Assembly (NCBI RefSeq): GCF_004010195.1
Contig: NC_057722.1
Coordinates: forward strand, 33,954,798 to 34,018,797
Direction: 5' to 3'
Origin: Chiloscyllium plagiosum
Taxonomy: Eukaryota
DNA: 64,000 nucleotides
Below, piece by piece: positions 40,426 through 53,379 of this stretch (its first letter is position 1; each line of letters begins with the position of its first letter). The position numbers and the translations under genes are program-made. A model generated the notes under the pieces. That model searched no databases and was not told the DNA's origin. It saw nothing but the letters and a program-made list of their open reading frames with translations.

Positions 40426-40814
40426 TTTTCTGAAATACAACTTATACAATATTAGGGGGATTTTGAGTGTGATTAAAAGAGGTAGTAATGTTGATTGAAG
40501 TTCATATATGAAAACCTAATGTAATAAGACACTCCAGAACTTTCTCATTTCAGCTAAACAAGCATGGAGTGATTGCCTGTATTGTGTTCTCTTTCTTGGA
40601 CAGAATTGGTTGTTCTCAGCAAAGAATATTAATTTACAAACAAGATTGTTCTTAGTGTTACAGTAGAAGTGACTGATATTTCAAATTTGTACCCCTCTTT
40701 AGATTTGTATTGTTCTGTTTTCTCATGTTCCCAGCAGTGAAGTCACTATCTCAACAGCAAGCTATGCTCTTAAATAATGCTACTTGATTTTCAGTTGCAA
40801 AAGTTCAACAAATT

Positions 40815-41330
40815 GTTATGTGAAGTTGTACAGGACATTGGTGAGGTCTCTTCTGGAGTACTGTGTCCAATTCTGGTTGCCCTGTTATAGGAAGGAAATT
40901 GTTAAGCTGCAGAAAGTTGAGAGGAGATTTACCAGGATGTTGCCAGGAATGGAGGGATTGAGTTGTAAGGACAGGCTGAGATTTTTTTCACTGCAGCGTA
41001 GGAGTCTGAGGAGTGACCTTATAGAGGTTTATAAAATCATGAGTTTAGATAAGGTGGGGGATTACAAGACTGGGGGCACATTTTTAAAAGGGGAAAGATT
41101 TAAAAAGGACATGAAGAGCAATATTCTTTTCTTTTTTAAACAGTGTTTCATGTGTAGAATGCACTTCCAGAGGAAGTGGTGGATGTAGGTACAGTTATAA
41201 GGTTTAAAAGACATTTAGATAAATACATGAATAAGAAATGCTTGGTGGGATATGGGCCAAGCACAGGTAGGTGGGATTGGTTTAGTTTGAGATTATGATC
41301 AGGATGGACTGAAGAGTCTGTTTCCATGAT
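40815..41330 (+). mobile_element. CR1 LINE 3' fragment
   Basis: KLYRTLVRSLLEYCVQFWLP..RRFTRMLPG..DLIEVYKIM. Confidence 0.88.
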
Positions 41331-42854
41331 TCCAAATTGGAGAATAACTGCAAAAGGATGTATCAACATTATTCATTCCAGCATGTCTCACTCAAGACTT
41401 TTTTTTTAAAAAGTGAAGAATATCCTCAAATGTCATTGAATTTTGGGCTGTCAAATCTACTAACATAGTTTTCAATTGAAAAGGACTGTACAGTGGAATT
41501 TTCCAACCCATATCATTGTTACACTATTCAAGACCAACAACATAATGCCAAGATGCAAGGAGTTGAGAGATCTTAGGCCAGCCTCAGCCACCAATGGAGA
41601 TTCCAGAAAGCCATTTTATTAAGGAGCCAGCAGATCATTAAATCAGAGTGAAATCTGAACAAACTCAAAAGGACAGGGCAGTGCAAACTCACTATTACTC
41701 AGCTTAGTGAATCATTACACACTGTTCTACATGTTATAACACCACTGTTTACGGAAATGCACAATGCACAGATAACTTTATAAAGATAATGTTAAAATTG
41801 GCATGAGGGATTGAGGACTTTTTATTAAAAGAAAGCATAAACAAACACTTGAAAACAGGCATGTCCTATCTTGAACATATTAACTTCATAATTAACTCAA
41901 GTTACACTCTTGCCAAAACTATCATTTATATCGGGCACGGAATAAAGTTTCAGAAATGTCTGCAAATCAGGCACCAATCAGTGAATTAGTAAATAAAAAA
42001 GGCTTGCAAGGAGAGAAAATAGCAGCTGTACTGGAGCTAGTACAATATTCAGAAGTTTCTTTAAAAGCATACCAAGTAAGAGTAGATAGCACTTTATCCT
42101 ACATAGGTTATTAGTCAAATGTTTTATCATTGTATCTCATGCCACTACACTACAGTAGAAAGTTGGTGTCACTGACATCACCCACATGCAACTGGAACCA
42201 GCGGCTCACACCCAAACTGGTCATAGGCACATACTCAATGTCACTGACCACAACAACGTTCACCCAATGTGTACTCTTTACCCTTACTCACTGCACTGCT
42301 CTCAACCCCTCATTACCATTACCCTGCTCCCTCACTTACAGTGAAAGAGCAGGCGGGGGCAGAGTGGCCAAATGTTGGGATTGGGACATTGAATCCCTGG
42401 AATTGAAGTGAATTGATCTAAAACATTTTGGAGAAAGATAAGCACATTTTATTGGTATTGTACTTGTTAAAATATTTGTGCATTGCTCAATGTTACAGAT
42501 GTTTCTATTCTTTAGTACAAACAAGTACCTGTAGCATTGCTAGCAGTAATGTCTTAAGTACTGGGATTGCATTGACAGTGAATGTGTCCCTTGTGATTGA
42601 GGGTAGCAAACAGTCATTTTTTACCAATATTTGAAATTTTTCAATATAAAGTCTGCTTTAAAGGGATCATGAACATTTTTTGGCCAAAATCTGCCAATAT
42701 TTATAAATACTGCCAGTTATCAAGTTTCCAATAATATCTGAAATGCTAAACCCTAAACATTAACCTTGCATTTTACTTAGCTGTTCAAAGTACAAATCAG
42801 GCAGCTGAATTGACAGTATATTTAGTTTTCATTTATAACAGCAATTAAACTTAC

Positions 42855-42908
42855 CTTAATGAAAGCAGCTCTAAGTGTCTGTGCAGCTGATAGATTAACA
42901 TGCTCCAG
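42855..42908 (-). CDS. PDCD10: PDCD10 coding exon 2: LEHVNLSAAQTLRAAFIK
   Basis: 54 nt, CACAG acceptor and GTAAG donor. Confidence 0.97.
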
Positions 42909-43235
42909 CTGTGATAAAAAAAAGATTTAAAGTTTAGCAGTTTACAATGTTAATACCTGATTCAAATATAGAACTAGATTTGCAAAGATGGGTATGTATA
43001 TTGTTTGGAAAATATTTATTCACAAATATTGTATGGGAATCCTGTTACTTTGAATGAAAAAAAATTTGGCAAACTCAACCACACATTTATTGAATTTCAG
43101 AAGAGATATTTGTCTTAACAACACTATTCAAGTTTTCTTAGCTTGTTTCTCTATCATACGTTACCTAAGCATTGCCTCTCTGTTTCTTTGGTTCACTCCG
43201 CTTTTCTGTTGTAGTCTACTTCTATTTTACAGTCA

Positions 43236-43364
<129 letters not shown>

Positions 43365-45307
43365 TTAATCACACTCTATTACTGAAAAAGTGCTGCAGAG
43401 GCATTCAGTGCCAAGTCAGTCCTCTTCTGTCCTCCTTGTAAAACGGTGAGCCACTATTGCACAAAAAATGAAATAAACATTAAAACATTGCATAGAATAA
43501 GTTAAGCACTTCCATCTTTTTGTTTTTCTTCACGTCAAAACTTTCATCGAGTGTAACATGGTGTGAACTGAAATTGTTGGAAAAAAACTAGTCATCTATA
43601 GAACCACAAATCAGGATTTAGGAGGATTTCAGAACATGAAACAGCATACTCAATTTGAGTTGTTCTGATCAAAATGGATGGATATTGACTACAAATTTTC
43701 TTTAAAATGTAGAATGAATGGCAAATGCCAGCAGTAACATGAAAAACATGCAACACATAGCCAGTTTCTATTTAAGGATGGTAAATATAAACATTCAATT
43801 TTGCTATGAATCAATCAAAATTTTCAGGTTCTTTACAAAATACATAGATACAAGCAATGACAAGGATAAAAGTGAATTTGGAACTGTCTGATACAAAAAC
43901 ACCCAAATAAGATGCTAAGCCTTAAAAGCTTATACAGAAGCTGAGCATATAACTCAACAGTGAATTGCAGACTTCCTTCCAGTCTAGTTTGATTGGCTGT
44001 TTCAATCTAGTTGGGAACAGTTGGTCCAATATTAAACAATAACAACATTGCAAAGCCAAAGGATAGCTAATTGAAGCCATAAATATTTTAATTAAATGGC
44101 TTGCTGAAAAGTGTGTGCGTTCCGCAATAAAGAAATACAAAAATGTTTTATTAAATTGGTCATACAAAATTGATTACTCTATAGGTGTTGAAATAAGTTA
44201 ACTTGTTAGTAATGGAAAATTTTAGCATCTTTTACCTGCTCAATATTCCAAAGCATGTCACAACCAATTAAGTCAGATATTAAAAGCCATATACAACATG
44301 ACTTGCAACACAAAGCGCATTTTATATACCAGTTGTTTCAACCTCTAGAAAATTTAAGGCAGTTGTGAAATCTTTATCTCCATTACGCCAGTTGACATTA
44401 AACTTGGGTAAGCTTATCCGTTTATCCAAATTAGGAGCAATTCTATTTGGCACACCACAAGCATAAAGGAGAAATTGTGGCATGTTTTTCAAATGCACAG
44501 AACTCTTATAACCAAATAAAATAAACATTGTCACTTTGGGCAGGATTCAAATCCAGGTTTCAGAAATCATTGCAACATTCAAGTGACACGTGTCCCATTA
44601 GCACTTGTTGAGCAATGAGTTTTGTGTGGCGATTTAATTGAGCAATTTTTTGACAAGATAAACTCTCTTCTATAAACTATTTGAATAAAATTTCTATTTG
44701 CATTTGCAGAAAACGCCTAGATTTTCCAAACAAGACAACTGATGCTCAAGATATTAAAAATTTCTAGTACCCACACACAATCTTAAGCAGAAAATCAATA
44801 AGCTTTACTTTATGATTTAACCTGCTCTCCACAGGATTTGCTGTATCACCAAGAGTCTCAGCTTTCAAATACACTACCTACATAGACATAATAGAAAAAG
44901 TTTGGCTCTTTCAATTCAGGTACAAGTGAAATTTTAATGATGTGATCAATTTTAATTGATGCCAAATAACTTTTCTGGTACAGAAGATTAACTCTGTCAA
45001 GTGTTGGATTTCATTTTATCAAATTTAGTTTATTTTAAAAATAGGTTGAACAAATTTTCTTTACTTGTATCTCTTAGTTCACTTGGCCTTTATTTCAATT
45101 TCATGAAGGTGACTTGGCATTGAGTTATTGCTCTAAATTCGTACTTCCTTATGACTCAGATAGGAACCTTAAATCTGATTGGTTGCAGAAAAACACACTG
45201 TTGCTTGCCCTGCTTAAATAGAACTCCTCAAGAGAATGCAGTGCTGTTCTGACAACATAAAAGCCCATGGATATTGTAGATAAACTTACGCATAAATGAA
45301 TAGCAAG

Positions 45308-45807
45308 NNNNNNNNNNNNNNNNNNNNNNNNNNNNNNNNNNNNNNNNNNNNNNNNNNNNNNNNNNNNNNNNNNNNNNNNNNNNNNNNNNNNNNNNNNNNN
45401 NNNNNNNNNNNNNNNNNNNNNNNNNNNNNNNNNNNNNNNNNNNNNNNNNNNNNNNNNNNNNNNNNNNNNNNNNNNNNNNNNNNNNNNNNNNNNNNNNNNN
45501 NNNNNNNNNNNNNNNNNNNNNNNNNNNNNNNNNNNNNNNNNNNNNNNNNNNNNNNNNNNNNNNNNNNNNNNNNNNNNNNNNNNNNNNNNNNNNNNNNNNN
45601 NNNNNNNNNNNNNNNNNNNNNNNNNNNNNNNNNNNNNNNNNNNNNNNNNNNNNNNNNNNNNNNNNNNNNNNNNNNNNNNNNNNNNNNNNNNNNNNNNNNN
45701 NNNNNNNNNNNNNNNNNNNNNNNNNNNNNNNNNNNNNNNNNNNNNNNNNNNNNNNNNNNNNNNNNNNNNNNNNNNNNNNNNNNNNNNNNNNNNNNNNNNN
45801 NNNNNNN
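45308..45807. other. Assembly gap (500 N)
   Basis: Run of N. Fixed-size spacer abutting a young CR1 copy. Confidence 0.99.
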
Positions 45808-47725
45808 CAGGGGGACCTAGAATCAAGGGATGTAGAGTCATTATGGATAGAGCTGAGAAATTCTAAGGGTAAAAAGACCCTCTTGGGTCGGATGTCAGAT
45901 GTAAGTTGAATCAGGAGCTGAAATTGGCCTGCTGCAAAGATGTTAGGACAGTTGTTATGGGGGATTTCAACATGCAGGTAGACTGGGAGAATCAGGATGG
46001 TATTGGACCTCAAGAAAGAGACTTTGTGGAGTGCCTCTGAGATGGATTCTTAGAGCAGCTGGTGCTGGAGCCAACCAGGGAGAAGGCAATTCTGGATTTG
46101 GTATTGTGCAACGAACCAGAATTGATCAGGGACCTCAACGTGAAGGAGCCATTGGGAAGTAGTGACCATAATACAATAAGCTTCAATCTGCAATTTGAGA
46201 GGGAGAGGGTACAATCAGAAGTGACAATATTTCTGTTGAATAAAGGGAACTATGGAGCTATGAGGGAGGAGCTGCCCAAAGTTCAATGGTGCAATACCTT
46301 AGCAGGGATGGCAGTAGAGGAACAATGGCAGATATTTCTGTGTATAATGCAGAAGATGCAGGATCAGTTCATTCTAAAAAGGAAGATCGATCTTAGGAGG
46401 ATGCATGGGTGGCCGTGGCTGACGAGGAAAGTTAAGAAACATATAAAGTTAAAAGAGAAAAAGTATAACATAGCAAAGATAAGTGGGAAAACGGAAGACT
46501 GGGAAGCTTTTAAAGGACAGAGGATTACGAAGAAGGAAATACGCAGAGAAAAAATGAGGTACGAAGGTAAACTGGCCAAAAATATAAAGGAGGATAGTAA
46601 AAGCTTTTTTAGGTATGTGAAAGGCAAAAAAATGGTTAAGACTAAAATTGGGCCCTTGAAGACAGAAACAGGGGAATATATTACGGGGAACAAAGAAATG
46701 GCAGAAGAGTTGAATTGTTACTTCAGATCTGCGTTCACTGGGGAAGACACAAGCAATTTCCCTGAGTTAACAGTGGCTAAAGGACCTGAAATTAAGGGAA
46801 TTTATATTTGCCAGGAATTGGTGTTGGAGAGACCGTTAGGTCTGAAGGTTGATAAGTCCCCGGGACCTGATGGTCTACATCCCAGAGTACTGAAGGAGGT
46901 GGCTCGAGAAATCGTGGATGCGTTGGTGATTATTTTCCAGAGTTCAATAGATTCGGGATCAGTTTCTGCGGATTGGAGGGTGGCTAATGTTGTACCACTT
47001 TTTAAGAAAGGTGGGAGAGAGAAAGCAGGAAATTATAGACCAGTTAGTCTGACCTCAGGTGATGGGAAAGATGCTGGAGTCTATTATACAGGATGAAATT
47101 ATGACACATCTGGATAGTAGTAACAGGATAGGTCAGAGTCAGCATGGATTTATGAAGGGGAAATCATGCTTGACTAATCTTCTGGAGTTTTTTTGAGGAT
47201 GTAACTCTGAAGATGGACGAGGGAGATTGAAGGAGTGCAGCGTAGGTTCACGAGGTCAATTCCTGGAATGGCGGGACTACCTTACGCTGAAAGACTGGAG
47301 CGATTGGGCTTATATATCCTTGCATTTAGAAGGCTGAGCAGGGATCTGATTGAGACATAAGATTATTAAAGGATTGGACACACTGGAGGCAGGAAATATG
47401 TTTCCGCTGATGGGGGAGTGCCGAACCAGAGGACATAGCTTAAAAATACGGGGTAGACCATTTAGGACAGAGATGAGGAGAAACTTCTTCAGCCAGAAAG
47501 TGGTGGCTGTGTGGAATGCTCTGCCCCAGAAGGCAGTGGAGGCCCAGTCTCTGGATTCATTTAAGAAAGTTTTTTTAGATCTCTCAAAGATAGTGGAATC
47601 AAGGGTTATGGAGATAAGGCAGGAACAGGATACTGATTAAGGATGATCAGCCATGATCATATTGAATGGTGGTGCAGGCTCGAAGGGCAAAATGGCCTAC
47701 TCCTGCACCTGTTGTCTATTGTCTA
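45808..47725 (+). mobile_element. Young CR1 LINE ORF2 (APE endonuclease end, linker, RT start, then 3' end) with the RT core deleted
   Basis: 344-aa open stretch with ILDLVL, LGSSDHN, KSPGPDGLHPRVLKE, NYRPVSLTS. After KSCLTNLLEF..KMDEG it jumps at about 47227 to EGVQRRFTR. Confidence 0.92.
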
Positions 47726-48014
47726 CAAACAGGGGTTTAGCAGCAAGTCATCCGAAACTGGGTAGACACACAAGTCATTTAATGTTAGTTGTGGTGATAG
47801 AGCAGACACAAATCAAAATTTATCTCAGAGTTAAACAGGATGCCAAGTTTGCTGATGGGCTGCTGCACCCTCAATCTTTGGCCAGACTAGGGAACGGAGT
47901 TTGCTGCTTATAGACATTTTTAATTTATGTCAAAATTCAAGATCATGCACAACTCAGGCCCAGCATATCAGCTTTATTAGTCAAATCTCTCAAAAACAAA
48001 ACAAAGTCCATATA

Positions 48015-48706
48015 CAGTGGAAACTCGATTATCCGAACGTGATGGCCGGGCACTATTTCGTTTGGATAATCAATTATTCGGAAAATCGATTAAATGCCTT
48101 TTCTATGGGGCTCGGAGTTTTAAAGTCTGCTCCCTATTCAGGAGAGTGCAGCAGCACACAGCATGTGAGCCCCTGCCCCTAACCCCCGACCTTATCCAAC
48201 CCTGCCCCCAAACCCAGTCCAACCCCGCCCCCACCACAAAGCACGTGAGCCCCTGCCCTCAACACAGCCCCACCCCTACCACCCCCAGCCCTTCTCTGGG
48301 GCAGCCGGACTACACACCAACAACAAGACTGCTGCTGCTGCCTTTGTGGGGTAAGTCTCCAAATAGCGCACACAGCCCCACACACAACTTTTTTACTATA
48401 AATTTTTGACAGGTTCCATGTTTGTCCTGTATAGGACAATGTTGAAAAGATTATTCCTGGGAAGGGGAGGGGTTTAAGGGTACAACCATCTGTAGAACAC
48501 CAGGGAAAACGTGTGGGGAGAGAAAGGGCAGGCAGTCAGTCATTTGGAGACGGTGCCTGTTTAATCACTGTAAAATCACTGTAAACAAAAGACGTGATCA
48601 CTGCTGGAAACACGTCTTTGATGTAATGTTTCCATCTGGACCTCAGGATCTCCTTCGGATAATCTGATTTTCGGATAATGGCATTCAGATAATCAAGTTT
48701 CCTCTG
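48015..48706. mobile_element. Tigger/pogo-like non-autonomous DNA transposon
   Basis: TIRs CAGTGGAAACTCGATTATCCGAA and rc CAGAGGAAACTTGATTATCTGAA, TA target duplication on both sides. Confidence 0.85.
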
Positions 48707-50059
48707 TAGTCAATGGTACAGATCTTTCAGTCTTCAGATAGTGGGAGATTGGACAAGCTCTTGACAAATGCACATCAGACCTTGCAAGGAATTCAAGTTC
48801 CGATGTACAATCACCCAGGATTTGGAACGCCACGAAAACATCTAACTTTTAGTTAAGAGTTTGTGGAGAGTTCCAATTTACTGATCCAAAAAGTTACCCA
48901 AGAAACGTTCGGTGGATTAAAACCTGCTTTAACTCCAGGCCAACTATAAACTAACCCACAGCTGAACATTTGGATTAATAAAGATTACTTTATACTTCAG
49001 TTTCTTTCCAATTAATCAAAATGGAATTGAATCAGATCTTTCTATGGAGTTAGCATAATTATGTTAACTAAAAAAAAAATCTTAGTTACTGCATACACAA
49101 ATGGATTGTGTGGTGGGTAAAAAGTAGAGCAATAGCGTAATGGTCTGAAAAACTGCAAAATCTAACCATCCTGTTAAACGTCAATGGTCAGTAACATTTT
49201 GATTTTGTAAGGATATTATGAAAATACTGGACTATTCACAGAACATTAATATGGTTGTATTTTTATGGGAAATGTACACTGACAGATGCAGTCATCAATA
49301 AGTAGAACACTACACGGATCTGAAACCACACACAATATTCATCACTCCACCAATGTCTCAGGCCATTGGGCCACTCACCTCATGCCCTAATCAACTAAAA
49401 ACAAAGCATAGATCCCAATACTCCTTTCTCTCTAGAACACAAAGCATCTGCATCCACCTCCACAACATAATGCACCGTAACTCCGACCTCAGCCAAATCA
49501 TGGCTCTGCTGTCTCTTGGTTCAACAGTTTTAATGCAGTCCTGGACATTTTCCATTCTCTATATGGTTGAGCTCATTAGGGTTCCATTCTCCATATCCTA
49601 TCCTGCATCACACCCTGCTCTCAGAACATTCTTGATCTTAATTTTGCCCCAGTTCCTGAGTATTGAAAAAAATTCAGGTATTCATCTTTACATCCCTTCA
49701 TATTATCATCCCACTGTCCCTCCCCCTAACCAGCAGCCTTGAAACTCTCCCCTTTCCTATTGTCCCCCATGCAAGTTTTACCACATTAAAATCACTCTAT
49801 AAATGCAGGCTGTTAACGAAGACTTCTGACTTTGGCTTTATGTGCACCCTGTTCTCTGTCTCCCACTATTGGTAGCTGTTCCTTCTTTGCCTTCCTTGGA
49901 GATATGGGTTGAGGTTACCTACACACAAACAAAACCAGGGCACCGCTTGATGAGGGAACTCCTCTGAATTGATGATACTGCATTAGTCACGCTAATAGAA
50001 ACTGAGCAAGAGAGACTCTGGAATTGTCCCATTCATGTAACTGGTACGCCCTTATTACA

Positions 50060-52110
50060 ACCTTAAAAAAAAAGTGGCTATAGGACAGGAAGTCATATTT
50101 TCATCCTTAACCACACTAGATATCACCGTGGAAAGCACTAAAGACAGGGAAAATAAAGTACGAGAGTAGGCTTGCGAGGAATGTAGAAACTGATTATAAA
50201 TGTTTCTATTGACGCAGGTAAGTTTAGACAAATATAAGCTTTTACAGTCAGAAACAGGGAAAGTTAAAATGGGAAACAAAGATTGTAGACCAAATGAATA
50301 CAGAGGAGGACACAAATAACGTTTCAAAAATGCTAGGGAATGCAGAGGCCTGGTGAAAAACAGGTACTGCAGAAAATCAGCATTAGCACAGAAATAGTGT
50401 TGGGGAAATTTGAATGACTAAAGGTGGATAAATTCCCAGGGCCTTCTAATCTACATTGCACAGTACTTAAGAACATGGCACCAGAAACTTTGGATTAATT
50501 GGTAACCATCATTGTGCAGCAGTTCCTGTGGATTTGAAGATAGCCAAATGAAACCACATTGATTTAAAAAAGCAGAGAGAACATAGGGAATTATGCTGTA
50601 AGACTCGGTGACTCTATACACTAGTTAGCCTGACATCAGTACTGGGGAAAATACTAGAATCCATTATAAAAGATTTGACAGCACAGCACTTGGAAAACAG
50701 TGCCAAAATTGAATAGAATTAGCATAGATTTACGAAAGGGAATTCACGTTTGACAAATCTACTGGAATTTGGAGAGGATGTAACTCGTAGAGCTGATAAA
50801 GGGGATTCAGTTGGTATATTTGGACACTCAGAAGGCTTTGAATAAGGTGTATTCAACATGTAAAATTAAAGTATTAGAGGTAGTGTACTAACGCGGATAG
50901 AAAACTGTTAGCAGACAGGAAACGAAGTGTCGCAATAAACTATTCTTTTCCGAATGTAAAGTCAGAAGTCACACTTCACCTGATGAAGGGGCAGCACTCC
51001 GAAATTGTGATTTCAAATAAACCTGTTGGACTATAACCAGGTATCATGTGACTTCTTACTTTGTCCACCCCAGTCCAACACTGGTACCTCCGCAACAAGG
51101 TTTCCAAATGCAGGCAGTGACTAGTGGGGGTACTGCAGAGATTAGTGCTAGCTCCTCAGCTTTTCACAAAATACATTAACAATTTAGATGGAGGGAACAA
51201 AATGTAATATCTTAACATTTTACAAACAACATAAAGCTGGTTAGAAGAGTAAACTGTGAGGAGATTGCAGAGATGCTTCAGTGAGATTTTAGTGAGTGGG
51301 CAAATGCACAGCAGGTATAGATTAATGTATGGTGATTCACTTTGGTAATTCAGATTATCTGAATGCCATTAGATTGAGAAAGTAGCAGGTGCAAAGAGGG
51401 TGTCCCTGTACATCAGCTGCTAAAATTAAGTATGCAGATCCAGCAGGCAGTAAAAGTGGCAAATTGGTATGTTGGTCCTCATTGCAAGGGGATTTGAGTA
51501 CAGGAGCAGGAATATCTTGCTGAGTTGAACATGGCCTTGGTGAGACACAACTAGAATACTATGTGCAATTTTGGTCCCTAGCTGAGGAAAGATGCTTTGG
51601 CTGTGGAGGAGGCAAAACGTGGGTTTACAAGACTGATTCCTTGGAATGAGGGCTTATGCCCGAAACATCGATTCTCCTGCAGTTCTCCTGCTGCGCTTTT
51701 CCAACACCACACTCTTCAACTCTGATCTCCAGCATCTGCAGCCCTCACTTTCCCCTGATTTCTTGGATAGCAGGACTGACATAAGGAGGGAAACTGGATT
51801 GTTAGGACCATGTTCACTGGAATTTAAAAGGGTAAGGAGGGTATCTAGAAACCGAGAAAATTCTGACAAGATAGGAAGGGTAAATACAAGAAGGATGCAT
51901 CCAACAACAGGAAGTCCAGAATCAGGGATCACAGTTTAAGAATACAAGATTGGCTAGCGAGTTTTGAGAAGATTTGTAGCTCAGGTTGAGGTTCTAGGTG
52001 TAGGCATGCTCGCTGAGCTGGAAGGTTCATTTTCAGATGTTTCATCACCATACTAGGTAACATCAGTGAGCGTCAAAGGGCTGAATGGCCTGTTCCTGCT
52101 CAAATTTTGT
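50060..52110 (+). mobile_element. Old CR1 LINE with three nested Penelope-derived short inserts
   Basis: Degenerate KVDKFPGP, VSLTSVLGKILESII, LEYYVQFWSL motifs. Inserts at about 50958-51100, 51646-51754 (flanked by CTGATT(C/T)CTTGGA) and 51953-52072. Confidence 0.75.
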
Positions 52111-52960
52111 ATGTATGTTTGTGTGTCAAGCCTGTCATGATGACAATCTATCAGTCAATACAGAACTTAATATAATACATGCATAAGGAAAGCAGCTACT
52201 GGGGCAGCACTACCTATAGGCTGGCATGTGCCATCATGTCAATTGACAGCTGTAGCAGCTTGGCAGCGAGCACCAACACCAAAACACAGCAGCCCACAAT
52301 AAGATATGACACCCATTCATGAGCACAGCCTGTCACAGAAACAGCCTCACAGATTAGCCTCTTCAGTTATTAGCAAAAAATACCGTATGAAGCTAATCCT
52401 TCCCAATGGATTTTCTGCACATTCATATTGTGCAAAAGAATATAAGCAATCTTCAGGAGACCACAATGAAATCAAAAACCTAAATACCTCCACTTTCTCT
52501 CTTCATTAAACCAAACGACTGACTAAGGTTTTGATCATGACTTCCATAATCAGCATTTATATCCAGATGTTCAGTTTAACTGTGAAGTACAAAGATGCTT
52601 TTCAAGTAAAAATCATAAAAGTTGTGAAAATAACACAACGGCGGGTGTTAATTACAAGGATATAAAATAAGTTATTCCAAATTTAGAGGCCTAATCACTG
52701 ATCAAAAAAAGGACTAGATATATATTTAGCCTTAGCACAATATCCACTATTATAATGCAGTAGAAACTTTTCGAGGATTTTATCTAAAACCGACAAGAAA
52801 GTATCCTACTGGCCAGCAAACCTGCAGATCGATTTGCTGCCCAAACATTACATTCGGTTTCCAGAATGAAAAGAAACCGTACGAACGCATCTGAAATTTT
52901 GAAGGGGTCGCATTCGCCAATTGTCGCACATCCCTTTAGAGCCGGCGTATTGCACCTAAT

Positions 52961-53174
52961 TTTGAGTTGAAACTTTATTGCTGGAACAGCACAGCAGGTC
53001 AGGCAGCATCCAGGGAACAGGAGATTCGACGTTTCGGGCACAGGCCCTTCTTCAGGAATCGACGTTTCGGGCACAGGCTTTCTCCTGTTCCCTGGATGCT
53101 GCCTGACCTGCTGTGCTGTTCCAGCAATAAAGTTTCAACTTTGATCTCCAGCATCTGCAGACCTCACTTTCTCC
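52961..53174. mobile_element. Young fold-back Penelope-derived element with a perfect 60-bp IR, 13-bp TSD and an intact hammerhead motif
   Basis: Arms 52965-53024 and 53081-53140. TATTGCACCTAAT at 52948-52960 and 53175-53187. Confidence 0.92.
53023..53060 (-). ncRNA. Minimal type-I hammerhead ribozyme motif
   Basis: GAUUC-CUGAAGA-A-GGGC-CUGU-GCCC-GAAA-C-GUC-GAAUC: complete catalytic core, 5-bp stem I, 4-bp stem II, palindromic minimal stem III, GUC triplet. Confidence 0.75.
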
Positions 53175-53379
53175 TATTGCACCTAATGCAAACTTAAGAA
53201 CTCCAGGGGGTAACATTCGCCCGTAACTTACTTAAAAATGTAAGACCTCGGAAGACTAAAGGCTTCGATCGCCTGCCTGCGTGTTAAAGGGCAGCGGTGA
53301 GTTTACCACACATGAACGGCTGGTCAATGCTGACCGAGATCCTGCACACACCCAGGTTTGCTCATACACATTCCGGGCA

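Noticed and set aside
45149-46013. Long ORFs in the track spanning 45149-46013
   Set aside because: Artefacts of the 500-N gap (poly-X translation).
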